Notes: generated by a model from the sequence alone, not told the origin. Positions 30,631-46,986 are shown, counted from the first letter of the stretch. The stretch: DNA of 64,000 bases from Eledone cirrhosa (GCA_964016885.1 OZ024742.1:258850001-258914000); one strand, 5' to 3'. Translations and numbers: made by a program.

Positions 30631-31154
30631 TATGTGTGTGTGTGCGTGTGTCGGCGTGTGTGTGTAATTATATGTATACGTCTATGTTAGTGTGATTATT
30701 CAAGTTTTTGTGAGTGACTGTTTTGATGCGTTTGTGTGCATGTGTGATTACATGACTGTCAGATTAAAAAGCTACATTCTTACAATTCCAATAATAATAA
30801 TTTGATTTATCCAACTCGGAACAATGAAATGCTATGTTAACCACGGTGGATTTTGAACTCAGAACCTAAAGAGCGGGAAATAAATACCTATACCACCATC
30901 CTTATGCCACCAATAATTCTCTCTCATAATGATACAAGGCCAGAAATTTTGTGGAAGGGCGAAGTCTATTATATCGATTCCAGTACTTAACAAGTAATTT
31001 ATTTTATCGACTCTAAAATGATAAAAGGCAATGTTGACCTCGGAATGAAGAATGTCACAAACACATTCTCAAACGCTCAGCCGATACTGCCAATCCACCA
31101 CCGTTTTGCCAACAATAATACTTCAAAATCTTTGAGAATGCAGTTTTTTAACAT

Positions 31155-31195
31155 TGCTGCTACTGCTGCTGCGGCTGCTGCTGCTGCCACTACTA

Positions 31196-31234
<39 letters not shown>

Positions 31235-31396
31235 GTACTACTACTACTACTACTACTACTACTACGTCCTCTGCTTCTACACCACCCCTACTACTGCTTC
31301 TATCACCACCACTGCCGCTACTATTGACACTACTGCTACCATTAACACTACCACTACTGCCACTAACACTACTACCACTACTGCCTCTGCTGCTAA
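31155..31396. repeat. Compound trinucleotide repeat (CTG/CTA/CCA)
   Basis: Direct inspection. Confidence 0.9.
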
Positions 31397-32770
31397 TATG
31401 TTTGCATTGAAGTTTTATGTTTCCCCAATGAAGTACCAACGCAGAAACGTTAATTCCACAAAGCAATGAAGTTTCGGTTATATGAGTTTTAATGAAAAAC
31501 TAAACATATGAACATAACGAATGGTGTTCCATTAGAAAAATTTCACCTTAATGGAAATGGACAGTTAAAAGGCTTTCAAAACAAAATGGTTGCTATATAT
31601 ATGCGTTCTGAAGCATACGCTATTGTGTTTTGCTGGCACGTTTAACGAATAACTTTATACGAAATGCTGAGAAACATTTGTTAAGAGTTTACGGCAAATA
31701 ATCAGATTTCCATATCAAGCTAATGGTAGGTATGATAATTTCTTTTATATTCGGTTTTTAATTGGTGTATAAAACATACAGAGACACTGAATCTGAAAGT
31801 GGGGAGCTTTTGAAGAAAATGCAGTGTTAAAAAATTTGTATTTTTCATTGTAAAACCATATAGAAAATAGGATAGAGTGAATGGTTAAAAATGTGTCTAC
31901 ATATTTATTACTGTGTGCCTTTCATCCCACCGCCTCACATCTATGGTAAATGTGATTTACCAACGATTCCGGGTAACCCAAGCCGTCGGAGTATAAATGT
32001 GGTGACGGAAGCAAAGGAAATTGTTTAAAAGCCCATCTGATGGACAGTAGCTGTTATTCTAAGGGCCAACTTTGTCACACACTGTGGCATACTGAATCAC
32101 CCTGCAACATAGGTTAAGTGTACATGAGTATGTGGATCTATACTATAAAACCTGATAGGCATTGACTGAAGTTTACAAAGTAAGTTCAATTACAATCTGT
32201 CATATATGTGTGAAATGCCTAATCACTTGGGTCATTATCAGTCTATTGCCTAATGTTATCCATACATGTTTTCGTCTGAATTCCTTGCCTAATTTTCCCT
32301 GGAAGATTATCATTATTGTATGATATAGAGGGGATAGTAAACACTGTAGTAATATATACTATTATATATAAATATATGTAACAGAATCCTGGATTATATG
32401 TCTCCTCGATGAAAACACACCTGCATACACTCTGAAATAACAACAGCTACGGCTACAGCAACTAAAAATAAAAACAAAACATTGACAAACAATTTGAAAT
32501 GAACTTTAAATATATAGTGTTTCGATAAAACATGGCATTAATTTCGTATTTAGATCGATAAAATCGACAATTTGCGTCCATATTGCAAAACCTATAATAC
32601 AGGACTCAAGCATAGTGTTAAAACAGCAATTTACTTCCAATAGGTACAGCTACTAATATATATAATACATTTTTACACACACACACGCACACACATGACT
32701 ATATAAATATATATTCATGTGTGTGCATGTGTGTACGTGTGGGGGTATATAAATATATACACACACATGT

Positions 32771-32862
<92 letters not shown>

Positions 32863-33019
32863 TATTTAATAAAATAACAGATTAAAGTTTAATCAAAGAA
32901 TCGCTGCTTTTACCCTTAAGGGGATCTTCTGAAACTAATCCTTATCAAGCCCTCTTTGGATTTTAGACTTCACATTTATTATTATTACTATATATATATA
33001 TTTCGTTGCTGAATTTGTT

Positions 33020-33213
33020 TAGCAAGTTTCTTTATCTGAAAACGTGTGTTGAAACCGATATTATTATACTTTGGGAGCGTCAGAAACACACGCACCAGTT
33101 GCTATCACTTCAATTTATTATAAAGTTTATAAATATAAATGTTATAAGATGAAGTGAAAGCAACTGGTGCGTGTGTTTCTTATTGGCAACATAACCCTCC
33201 CAAAGTATAACAA
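33020..33213. repeat. Short inverted repeat derived from the PLE 3' end seen at ~35240-35340
   Basis: ttatactttgggag..agaaacacacgcaccagttgct mirrored by agcaactggtgcgtgtgtttct..ctcccaaagtataa. Confidence 0.7.
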
Positions 33214-33621
33214 TATATATATATATATGATGGCTGCCCCTTCGTTATCAAGTATGGCGATTGCACGATATAACATTATCAATAATTATCAATTAATTCT
33301 ATCGTGCAATGCCTGTGCGTGAATTCTATTTAACCGAGGAAAGACTGTGCACTGCGCCAATCCTACTCTCCGACCGTCGGTAGCTCTAACACGAAAAGAA
33401 GAAAAGATCGACATCATCGTTTACTATTGAGCCGCAACTTTCATGTCGGAGTTATCCCCGTTTCCTGATTTACTTTCTTCTAGAAGAATACCCTGACAAA
33501 GGCTAGGGGTCCTTCACTCCCAGTGGTTTAACCACGCGATCGGGTATCCAGCCAGATTATTTCTGTCCCCGCGCATACAAGTACATGCACATGTATAGAT
33601 GTATATACATATATGTATATA

Positions 33622-34509
<888 letters not shown>

Positions 34510-34516
34510 TATATGC

Positions 34517-35337
34517 ATGTCGCGTGTGCTGATAGGAAATGCAGTCTGCAAGCTAAGCCGTCAATCTCGGAAAGTAGTATATAGTATAACATGTAGTGAG
34601 GGAAAGTGTAGGAATAACAGCATAAAATACATAGGTGAAACAGCTCGAAGCATAGGAGAAAGGTTAAGTGAACACTGGCGAGAACTCAGGGTGGAAAAAA
34701 ACCATCAGTACTCCATCAACATGCCAAAATAGAACATAGGGGCACATTGGTAAATATAGAGGTAAAAATGATATCCCCACACAGAAAAGATGCAATGCCC
34801 TAGACAAATCACAGAGGCGACAAAGATACACGAACTCCAACCAAAATTAAACAGATTTTTAAGTGGAATAGCAGCATCACAACTAGTAATTAAGGACAAA
34901 ATGAAGATATACAGACACACATAAAAACCAAACTAATAAGATAAATCAGACACACCAGATAGAACAAACAACCAACTACTGACAAGTAAATAAACACATA
35001 AATAAATAATTAAGCCCACACACTCACACAACACACCCGCATATAACGCATTGCGCAAAGTAAACAAACAATAGACAACACACAAAAACAAAATGGTGTA
35101 TTACAGAGCAAAGGACAGACACAAAATAAATACCTAGTCACTGAGGAGGTCATATAATGTGTGAAGAAAGAGCTTTTTCAATATATAAGCGACATTCCAG
35201 TTATCGAACCAACCAGCCAACCGGAAATTTATAATAAATTGAAGTGAAAACCAACATGTGCGCGTGTTTTTATTGGCCGCATGACCCTCCCAAAGTATAA
35301 AAATATCTGTTTTAACACATGTTTTCAGATAAGAAAT

Positions 35338-35340
<3 letters not shown>
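34517..35340 (+). pseudogene. Decayed Penelope GIY-YIG 3' end with UTR and degenerate hammerhead (35141-35176)
   Basis: VVYSITCSEGKC...KYIGETARSIGERLSEH; RQITEATKIHELQPKLN; CTGAGGA ggtcatataatgtgtgaa GAAAG AGCT. Confidence 0.8.
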
Positions 35341-35384
<44 letters not shown>

Positions 35385-35558
35385 TTATATATATATATAT
35401 GTATGTATAAAATTTATACTTTCTATTAGCTCTGCTTATGTAAGGTTATTCAATTATGCTTATTGAGTGCTTTCAGAGTAGAAATAATTCTATATATGTA
35501 GGCTTCTGTGTGTTGTGTGTGTATATGCATATATGTGTGTATGTTTAGATTTATATAC

Positions 35559-35685
<127 letters not shown>

Positions 35686-37465
35686 CTAATACTAATATTT
35701 TTGTTGTGATATTAATAGTGATTTCTAACTATTTACATATGTAAAATGGACGTGTTTATATGTCTTGCTATATACGTACAAGCCAGCAGTATCGAAAAGG
35801 TCAATATTATTGATTCAATGATGTATTATTCTAATAGTCATCACTTGACTTTATCTCTCCGTGCATTACGGTTTCGTGTTCCTTGTTACATGGCAAGTCT
35901 ACTAGACAATTTTTCTATTTATCTAAAGTAAAAGGTCAAGATGTATCACTAGACGTTAGCATTCAAGAACCTGCATCTCCAGTCATGTTAAAATTCTCAT
36001 ACTTTTGCACATCACTTATATCTAATTCAAATATAAACGATATGAATTAGGATCAACATGGGAAATTTTAAGCAATGATAATTCAAAGCATCTTATACAA
36101 TTTTCGTTAGATTGTGGGATTAAATTCCTATCTTTTATTTTCGGCTTAGTGTTCTCGGAGTTAAAATCTTACCGAATGTCAACATTGCTGTTCATCCTTT
36201 CGAGAACGATAAATAAAGTATCTATACCCTATTGTGAAATTCCGGCTGTGCTCGAACCGTGAGAAGGTTGTGCACTACTAGATTTACAATGCCCACCCAC
36301 TGCCATATTTTAGAACGGTGTCTGTATTATTCTATCAAAGTTTAAGTGCAGTTTCTATTCCTTTTCTTCTAAGAACAAGTTTGTTATCCTTGCATTATGT
36401 TTTAATACCCTTCTTATCCGTGGAGTGCCAGTGCCCAGTTGGTAAGATGATCCTGATTGACTGTATTTCTAACTGATAGGCCACCATTATCACACATTGT
36501 ATCAGCTGAATCAACCAGAGAATTACATTAAGTGTATTTGTACATATTGAATGTTCAAACTATTACAGGTTAAGTAGCCTGAGGATGGATCCCAGCATGA
36601 TATGTAGCATGATATGTAATAATACAGCATTTCTCTTTTGTATACAAGAAGGCGGGAATGAATTTTCACTGTCAAATTGCAGCTTCTATAAATAAAACAA
36701 ACACTATATTAGGTAATTCTCTAGATTTGCGTTTCAGAACTCTGGGAAACTTCATGGGAATACAAAAAGTCGCATTGGAAGTTCATGAATTAAGTTCAAA
36801 ATTTCATGTAAGTTGTTATATACATAATTTACACACACTATCGTACTCTAAGTATAAATTCGCGATGTGTTCGATTATAGTTATGTTGTGGGAAAATTTA
36901 TTTAAATAAAAGAGTTCCCTGAATTCTAGATCCATTAAATAAAATACACCGTTCACACATATGTGGTTGTAGCTGACCTTCTATCGTGCAATACCTGTGC
37001 GTGAAGATATTTTTTAAAGTGAGGACAGACTATGCACTGAGCCAATCCCACTCTCTGAGCGACAGTAGCTATAACCCGAAAAGAAGAAAAGATCAACATC
37101 ATCGGTAAATACTGAGCCGCGGGTTTTATATCGGAGTTAACCCAGTTTTCTGAGATGCCTTCTCCTACAAGAATGCCTTGACAAAGGTCAGGGGTCCTTG
37201 ACTCCCAGTGATTTAACCGCGCGGTACATGTGTATATACATATTTACACACTTTCGGATGGCCATTGACTCTTATGAGATCTTCGGCCCTTTGTCAGGTT
37301 TTGTATTTTGTCCTGCAGGGTGTCCAAAATCACCCTCCTCCCCAAGTAAACCTTGTGGGGTTGCTGGTTTAGTCGCCGATGACACGACCATGCGACAAAT
37401 TGTACTGGGTTACATGTTACCAGTAACACTGAAGAGTGACCTGACATATATATATATATATATAT

Positions 37466-37702
37466 ATAAAAGACGTAAAATAAGAACATTTTAAAAAAAA
37501 AATAAAAAAAAAATTAACTTGAGTGAAAATTTAAGTAAGTAAGTTAATTTAAAAAAAATTTTTTTTTTAAATTTTTTTTATTTTACGTCTTTTATATTAT
37601 TGTTCTGCATTCTCCTGCATTGAACCACCTAGGTACTATGACATAACCTGTGTATTTGCTGGCATTAGCGTATATCTGTGCGCTTATGTTAGTAGATATA
37701 TT

Positions 37703-37707
<5 letters not shown>
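37466..37707 (+). mobile_element. Family Y short copy starting at the predicted hammerhead cleavage site, with a small 5' inversion
   Basis: gagtgaaaatttaagtaagtaagttaattt...ttttacgtct...ttgttctgca...ttgaaccac matches 45272 onward and 49663 onward. Confidence 0.7.
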
Positions 37708-37740
<33 letters not shown>

Positions 37741-37795
37741 TACATACATATATATGTATATATATGTATATATATATATATACATATATACATAC

Positions 37796-37880
<85 letters not shown>

Positions 37881-39269
37881 TAATATACTACGCGCCCCCT
37901 GAATTTCTGAATTTTCCAACTACCAAATTCAACTAAATTGGCACTTTAATGGAAGTCAAATGCTCGAAATGCCGCGCAGTATGTGTACACAGAAGTAGGT
38001 AACTACACAAGTCAACTCCTAAACCACATAACTATGCCCATATATGTGTATGGTAAATCAATATTACTGGACAGTAAGTTTGTAGTCTCTGCTATAAAGC
38101 TTTGAATGTGTAGATACACAGTAATGTGCTCCACTAAGCGGAAGAAAGTTATGTCTGTAACATTGTATTTATGAATTGTACCACCTCGTCCATACGACTA
38201 GACAAGTAAGATACATCTGCTTAATCAGCGTTGACGTTGAACTAAATTACAAGACCAACAGCAAATATATATATATATATATATGAAACGTTGATGCTCT
38301 TTTTACCATATTCACGTGTTTTAGTCATTGGAATATTCACCAGAAGCCAAACCATAATATATTGGATTATTCACAAGAAGCACAGACATCAATGACGTAA
38401 TAGGATTGATTCTGATATTGGTATTTTGTGAATGTAAGAGCTTTATGCTGTGCCTCCAAAGGTATTGTATTTTAGATATTAGATATGTGTCGGATTCTCT
38501 GATGGACGTTCCTGTTATTCAACAAAGGCTTAGCCTGCCTTTGAAATTAATGCGCAAGGGGCTAAGCATTCTACAGGTAAGGGTGCCTTAGACATATTTC
38601 TCAGAGTGATTCATCTTGAAAAAGTGTGTGACAAAACCGTTATTCGAATTACAGATTGAGTCCATATGACGGGCTTCCAAACAGTTTCCATCTTTAAAAT
38701 TTCACTCAGAAGCCTTGGGTCAACTAAAATCTATGGCAGTGCCTTTCAAGACAGAACCTAATGAGATTCTCAACTATTTAATGTCCAACATAATGTAACA
38801 TATAGCTTTCAACCTTACGAAACAGATACGCCATAAAAAAATCTCATGAGCAATATCACAAAGTATCACCGAGATTTAAACTTATGAACTTACAATCGTG
38901 AGCAGGGGATCCCAACAACAGGCTTTCATACGTTTGTGTTCGATATTTAGCAACCATGTTTTTGCATGCGTCTCAATCGTGATCTTCGCATCTTTGTATT
39001 TATTATCTTCTACATTCCCCAATAAACATCATCTCAGAAAGTAGGATGTGATCAAGTCAGATTTCAAGGCTATTTCAACTACTTGTTTTTCAGGTCAGGC
39101 CTGTATCTACAAGATGGCTGATTCGTGTAATTTCCATTAACTGTATTCCATAAAGAAAGAAGAATAGACGAATAAACACACCTAGTTGGGAGACAAATTG
39201 CAGCCCAAATTTACATATTGTATAAGGAAAGTGAATGATATATTATGTTATATTGTTATGGGAGTTGTC

Positions 39270-39745
39270 ATTTCCTTTAGCTGTCAATGTGACTGTAGGA
39301 CAAATGGGAATTGTTAAGTTCCCTATTGATGAGTGTGATTGGAGGGCATGTTTGACATCGCACTTCCCTTGGTGGTCAGAGTAGGACATGTGAGAAATGT
39401 TATTTCCCTCAATGTTCAGTTGGGTTGTATGACATGCGGGAGATGGTATTTCCAGTAGTGGTCAGGGTTAATGAAGAACATGTAGAAAAGGGTACTTCCC
39501 TTAGTAGTCAGTGTTACATGTGGGATATGATAAATGCTTTAGTGGCCAGTGTGAGTGTATGGTACGTGGGAGATTATACTTCCTTTAGTGGTCAGTGTAG
39601 TTGTAGAACATTTGAGAGATGACGTTTCACTTAGTGGTCAGTGATACTGTAGGACACGATGAAGAATGCATTTTCATTTATGGTCAGTGTGTCTGGAGGA
39701 CATGTGGGAGATTAAACTTTACTCAGTGTTCAGTTAAATTGTAGA
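39270..39745. repeat. Diverged ~45-bp minisatellite, about 10 units
   Basis: Approximate consensus ttcccttagtggtcagtgtgactgtaggacatgtgggagatgtta. Confidence 0.8.
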
Positions 39746-39855
39746 TATTTTTCGGTTTTAACACGAGTGTCCCTCCAAAGTCACTCCGCTATTGGGGAGT
39801 CATTTTAATTTATTTTATTGTTACACATTTTGATTTTGTTTACCTTATTTCCCTT

Positions 39856-40175
39856 TTTACAAATTTACATGTAAACCCACATTGCATAACGTTGTACTCT
39901 CCTTAAAGTGCGTTGTCCTGTTTACAAATTTACATGTAAACCCACACTAAATAGCATTGTACTCACGTTAACGTATTTTGTCCTGTTTACACAATTTCAT
40001 ATAAACCCACAGTACATGTCATTGTACTTTCCTTAATGTGTTATGCCCTGTTTAAAATGTATATACAAAACCACATTGTATGGCCTTGAATCTTTCTTAA
40101 TATGCTTTGTCTTTTTTTACACATTTACATGTAATCCCACACTATATAACATTGTACCAACCTTAATCTATCTTT
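39856..40175. repeat. 65-bp minisatellite, 5 units
   Basis: Units start at 39856, 39921, 39986, 40051, 40116 (tttacaaatttacatgtaaacccac...ttgtact..cttaa). Confidence 0.88.
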
Positions 40176-40460
40176 TGTAAACAAATTATGATTAATAAAG
40201 AAATTATTGTAATATCATATTGCTTATTTCAGAAAATATGTAATGATTCTATTTTCGTTTTCATTATTTAGTATCCTTATTTATTTGAGCGTATTGTGTA
40301 TCAGAATATCTAAGTCTATGGTTAACTGAACGGAGAACATGTAATGAAGATCTTAGCAAACTCGACAGAAGCTTAAAATAAAATACAATAGAATATTTTT
40401 ATACGCTTTTTCTTATTAAAATGTCATTGTAAGATGAATCAAATAATGTATACAAGTGTG

Positions 40461-40529
<69 letters not shown>

Positions 40530-43329
40530 GTATATACATTCATATATATATATATATATATACATGCATATATATATTTATATACAGAGAGAGAGTGAGA
40601 GGGGGAAGAGGAATATTTCCCAGTTAAATACGTTGCCTTGAAATTAATGGCTTATGGAACTTTGTTCTTCCAATGAACATGTAAGGAATTCATGCGAATA
40701 TCTGAAGAATACATTTGACGAAGAATGTAAAAAAATGGCTGTTTCACTCAGATGATACACAAGTCTTTTAAAACGTTTCCCCTTATTAAATATTTCACTT
40801 TAAACGGGATTCTTCTCCAAAAGAATCCACTGAAGCAAATTATTATAGCTTAAATTATTTTCAGATAATATTCCATATATTTAGTAAGAAGTAAAATCCT
40901 TCGTTTCTAGTGATAGGGGAATATTAAAGTGAAACAATTAGGCCTTTAAGAATATGCTCGAAAAGGAATTTCTTCAAGCTTCGATTGTTACCAGTCTTAA
41001 CGTTATCGAACCTGGTTGTAAATACCATCACTGTTTAAAGACATTAGAACATTTTAATTAGGAACAACGCTAATGCAGCGTGACTGAGAAAAGAGGCTTT
41101 TATGCTAACGTAGTATATTTATATACAGTAAATATACATATAGTCTAACTTAAGATGTAATCATATCCCAGTAACATCAGTAACCAAGTAAGACTGCCGT
41201 ATATTGTATTTCAGGATTGTTTCCAGCTTCAGCGCACGCTTACTACTGTATACTGAGGTAATACCTACTTATGTATAGGTTTATCAATAAATTATTATTG
41301 ATAATGGATAATTTACACACAGTACAAGCTTGATAGGTTTGTATTAATTAAAGATGGCGTTAACACAGTATCATTCAGAATAAAGATGTTTATGGAAACA
41401 TATTTATTTATAATAACCATATCGAAAATAATGATTTCTATTATAGGCACAAAGCCAGCAGTTTGGAAAAGGGGAGAGTCGATTGAATTGACCCCAGTGC
41501 ATTACTGGTACTTTATTTTATCGACCCCGTATGGATGAAAGGCAAAGCTAACCTCAGGGGATTTGAACTCAGAAAGTAAAGTGGCGTAACTCTATGCTGC
41601 AAAGCATGGCATCCGACCCTCTACCGATACTACCAATCCACCGCCCTATCCATATAAAAAATAATGAATATTGGTTTCTTGGATTATATTATCAAGTTCC
41701 CAATCACTGGTTCAGCCACTGTGCCATGTTGAGTCTTCTCAAGAATTACGTTAAGGATAGACGTGTCTGTGTAATGGCCATCCACTTGAAGGATAACATC
41801 TTGAACAGGCTGTTCTGTTGATCAAATAATTTGATCCCTTATCGTCGGAAATAACGAGGGTCCAACACTATATACTTCTGTTTGCATTATCCTGACTAGC
41901 TTATATACTGTAAACATTCGCAACTATTATCTACCGAAAATGCGAATATTATGAAAGGTTCTTGGTTCCTCTAGTATAGTTATCATGTTTTATATGATAT
42001 ATCAAGGTAAAATTTGCTATAGAAATTAAAATCAGAGAAATTTAAAAACAGCCTCACCCCTATAGGGTTCATAGGCCTGGAATATATCCCGATTGCCGGA
42101 TGTTAGGCGACAAGACTGTGATTAGAAGAGAGAGACATATCAATTGCAGGTCTAAGCACCAGACGTTGCTTGAAACACATTTAATTTGACTGAGAGAACT
42201 GGAGAAACGTGAAATCAAATATATTTCTGAAGGTCACATGTTGCTGTCAAGTTCTGAAGAAACGTAAAATGAATTGTCTTTTTGAAGGTCCATCAGCCGA
42301 ACAATATAAACATAAAGCTGCTTACCTTCACATTGAAATGAAAGATTCTACTCGGATTTAAGTGTTACCCATTTAAAAATTGTTTTGAATGGAAGCATCG
42401 TCTGTAACCCTGTAATTTACTACATTTGAAGGTGCGAAACTTGTAGTTAGGGTGTTCGTTACCTGATCGCAATGCCCTGGGTTCGATTTCTGGTCTTTTT
42501 TCTGTTTTAACCATATGCGACCTAAGGAGATACAGCGTGACACAGTAAGTAATAATGTTGGGCCCCTAGAATTAGAGGTAGAGTCCTTCAGTCAGGTTTC
42601 AATTTGTTCCCATCGACTCAGTTTAAATTACAATGTATATATTGGGCCAAAGCTATGATAGGCGACTCTTGCTCAAGATGGGAGATAGTGAGGTCGAACA
42701 TGGGATCTAATGATTACAATCAAACCTTTCAGATATTTCGTCATGCTGCATACATGGAAGAAATAAAATAGTCATATGATGACCGTCATCTTTGACGGTT
42801 TATCGCATTCATGGAGATATCTTCCCTGTATATACCGACTTATACGCCTCTAATTCGAATGAAAATGTTAGTACAACACTTAATCAATCATAGCCGTTTT
42901 ATATGCAAATGAGCCGATGTTAAATACAGAATAAAATACAAGATATAGCTTCGTCTTGCAGTAGTATCAATTGCGTAAATATCAGCGATGGCAGATAAAA
43001 TCCAGAAGCACATGCCTGATATTATCACACGGCCACTGAGAAGCTGCGAGAAGTTCAGAAGTTAAAATATTTATAAAAAGTGTCTTCTATATAAAAGAAT
43101 GAATGTATGAATGTGAACATATATTTCAGACATTACTTCAGGACTCGTGAGAATACTACGTATGAATCACCCTCACATCCACATACACACATACTGCGTC
43201 AGACTTGGAGAAGAAATGAGCTCCGCCAATTTTAAAGTGACCAAGACATTCCGTATATCGTAACGGCGACACAGAAACTCAATCAGGACTAAGGTACAAA
43301 TATATATATATATGAATATATTGTCAAGT

Positions 43330-43565
43330 CAAGAGTATTCATGTGTAGTCATATAAAAAGATCGATTCATGGTGTGAGTAGGTTATGCATGGAAGGAATG
43401 ATGACTGGTCAGAGAAGCAGAGGCCGGCAGACGAAATTATGGCTTGCTAATGTCAACCTATGGACTGGACTTAATCTTTGCTCTTTAAATTCTGCTGTTG
43501 GTCATCGCACTCTGTGGAGAAAAATATCTCATGTCGATGCGCAGTATGCAACTGGTGGAGTTGAG
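43330..43565 (+). pseudogene. RTE-clade LINE 3' fragment
   Basis: SHIKR...MEGMMTGQRSRGRQTKLWLANV..W.......HRTLWRKI matches the RTE C-terminal G.R.RGRP...W...DR..WR motif. Confidence 0.75.
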
Positions 43566-43654
43566 CATATATATAAGATATGTATCTTATATATATATAT
43601 GTATTCATACGCTATGATTACATAGCTTCAGATTGATTGGATTGGAAAGTTGAT

Positions 43655-43725
43655 GGGTGACGTTTGGTGTAATGGTTAACACAGTGGTCATGATAGCCAA
43701 AGATGTAGGTTCGTGTCCCAAGTAC
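43655..43725 (+). other. tRNA-like sequence (SINE head or tRNA pseudogene)
   Basis: A-box TGGTGTAATGG and B-box GGTTCGTGTCC at tRNA spacing; acceptor stem does not close. Confidence 0.55.
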
Positions 43726-43873
43726 TTTAATACTCATCCTTTTTCCAATCTTGGGTTCTATATAACTCCAACTATTCAAAAATACGACTGAGGCTCATTT
43801 TCACTTTCTAATTCTCAAATTCTCCACTATTTGTAAACAAAGCTAATTTTCAAAACAACGCTAAGCTCTGTAT

Positions 43874-43931
<58 letters not shown>

Positions 43932-44171
43932 GGTGTGTGTCTGTGTTGTGTTAGAATATACGTGTTAGACAGAGAGCAAAGCAATATAGTTTTGCTCTTT
44001 ATCGATGTTAATTTCCCCCTAGATATTTAGTCAATATAATTTCTTGTCGCATACTTTGTTTAAAACAAAATATCACATGTATTAATTTATATAACATTTA
44101 AAGTATACAAACACTTCCAAATTTGGGTAATATCATAATAATATACATATTATGAATGGAAAGATGTAAGG

Positions 44172-44284
<113 letters not shown>

Positions 44285-44330
44285 AATGAAAGGTATAGAA
44301 ATTATTGTAGCAAGAAGCCAACAGTATTCC

Positions 44331-44376
<46 letters not shown>

Positions 44377-44383
<7 letters not shown>

Positions 44384-45327
44384 AATTTATATCTAGTAAC
44401 ATTTATATACACACAGATGCATATCAATGCTAGCAAATATATAGGTTTTGTCTTATTAACAATGTGGTTCAATGCATGGAGTTGCAGAACAATAATATGA
44501 GAGACGTAATATAAGAAAATTATAAAATTAACTTACTTACTAAAAAATCAGTTCCAACTAATTAGTTTCTGGAAGGGAGTAAATATATTTTCCGAAGAAA
44601 TTTATAGAAAATCATTCCGTCATCAGGAAAGTCTTTTTCCGTATAGGTCTCCAGGCATAGCGAGGATACTGGAAACTTATTAAAAAAATAATTCAGTGGA
44701 ATGGAAATAGCGATGCGTGGACTGGATTCCAAGCCATTGAGAAAATCACTGCCGCTACGTCCGTGGCAAATTCAAAAAGAATCAATCACGTGACATCGAG
44801 GTCAATCAGTGGAAAGCGAGTGGTTATTAAGACAGCGGCCAGCTTACTACCATAGTAGCAGTCATGGCCAAATATTGATATGCATCTGTGTGTATATAAA
44901 TGTTACTAGATATAAATTCCTTATAATTATCTCCAATTCATTTGTCGAGCAATATTTGGCCATGACTGCTACTATGGTAGTAAGCTGGCCGCTGTCTTAA
45001 TAACCACTCGCTTTCCACTGATTGACCTCGATGTCACGTGATTGATTCTTTTTGAATTTGCCACGGACGTAGAGGCAGTGATTTTCTCAATGGCTTGGAA
45101 TCCAGTCCACGCATCGCTATTTCCATTCCACTGAATTATTTTTTTAATAAGTTTCCAGTGTCCTCGCTATGCCTGGAGACCTATACGGAAAAAGACTTTC
45201 CTGATGACGGAATGATTTTCTATAAATTTCTTCGGAAAATATATTTACTCCATTCCAGAAACTAATTAGTTGGAAGTGATATTTTAGTAAGTAAGTTAAT
45301 TTTATAATTTTCTTATTTTACGTCTCT
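44377..45327. mobile_element. Family Y foldback element, ~380-bp arms (~44500-44877 / ~44950-45327), tail on the left
   Basis: Near-perfect inverted arms; hammerhead in each; (TA)n on both sides. Confidence 0.9.
45195..45277 (+). ncRNA. Type I hammerhead with extended stem II and GUU cleavage triplet (mirror on minus strand ~44550-44632)
   Basis: ACTTTC-CTGATGA-cGGAATG...CATTCCa-GAAAC TAATTA GTT-GGAAGT. Confidence 0.8.
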
Positions 45328-45455
<128 letters not shown>

Positions 45456-45462
45456 ATCATAC

Positions 45463-45551
<89 letters not shown>

Positions 45552-45565
45552 CTGTGTGTATATAA

Positions 45566-45628
<63 letters not shown>

Positions 45629-45913
45629 AGAAAGTGTGTCCATAGAATAATTTGATAAAATATATACAGTATTTCTTCTCCCAATCAGCATAGTCAACCA
45701 CATAAAAAATCAATTAAACGAGGCTATAAGTTTAAAATGTACCTATGAAGAAACAATAGATAAATAAATGATAGCTATTTTATCCGCGATCCACCGCCAC
45801 AGAAGATTTAGCCAGTATTTCTAATAGCGCGTAGAGATCGACTAGACATATAGTTAACCATACACAATTAGGTACAAAATCAAAGTTAGAAGAAAAAATA
45901 TACATAAACATTC

Positions 45914-45950
<37 letters not shown>

Positions 45951-46346
45951 TTGAAGTATATTTATTTATGCAGATATGTATATATATGTATATATATGTA
46001 CATATATGCATATACGCATACGTATGAAACATGACGTCTGCTCATATAGCTCATATAGGCGGCAGATATAAATCCTATATGCCTATGTAATAAATCATAA
46101 TCCTAACAATACATTGCAATAATTCAATACAAAATGTTAGCGTAAATTTATGAATTATTGGTTTTGTAATAGAGATTAAGAGTAAAAGAAAATAAATAAT
46201 AAACTGTCTGAGACAGTTGAAACCAATTGTATCCTTAACAAATCTGTGATTGAGTGTGTATGAGCCATTTTTCTATAACTTATTCAGATATGTATACATA
46301 TACATATGTATATATATATATTCATATATATATTACACACACACAT

Positions 46347-46427
<81 letters not shown>

Positions 46428-46457
46428 AGATAGAGAGAGTGTGTGTATATATATATA

Positions 46458-46906
46458 TACAGGGTAGAATAAAGAAAACTACCTATTTCCAATTAATTAT
46501 CACTTTTGGCCTACTATGACCACACATGTGACAACATCAATGTCCTCATATTCATGCATTATGGGTCTCCTCCTCCTCGTCTCACTATCCGTGAGTGATT
46601 TCATGTCCAATTTCCCGGGTGTTAGCTATATTATCGACGTACACATGAAAATCTGCTTCAATTAGAGGAATGCATTCATTATGTAATGACCGGCATACGG
46701 CCTGAGATCCTGCTGAACTTAATCGAGGTTATACCTAGGCTATTACAAACACCGGTGGATAACACTGGTACCTATGAAGACTTTAAACACAGTCTTGAAG
46801 ATCAACGATTCTTTGTTCAAAATAAAACGTTTTATGAATATCGACCAATAATTAATATAGTTATGAACAATTTCATATAGGTCGTTCCCTGGCACGCACT
46901 ATGTAT
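46458..46906 (+). mobile_element. Possible decayed Tc1/mariner-superfamily remnant
   Basis: TACAGGGT start, weak matching end ...cactatgta; NLLQLEECIHYVMTGIRPEILLNL...RLLQ...NTG resembles a transposase C-terminus. Confidence 0.35.
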
Positions 46907-46913
46907 ATATATA

Positions 46914-46985
<72 letters not shown>

Positions 46986-46986
<1 letters not shown>

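Noticed and set aside
31018-31466. Poly-Ala/Thr/Leu ORFs
   Set aside because: Trinucleotide repeat next to a SINE fragment
39270-40175. Regularly spaced repeats resembling a CRISPR array
   Set aside because: Whole units are homologous with no unique spacers, there are no cas genes, and the context is eukaryotic; these are minisatellites
43655-43725. Functional tRNA gene
   Set aside because: Only A/B boxes are recognisable; the cloverleaf is incomplete
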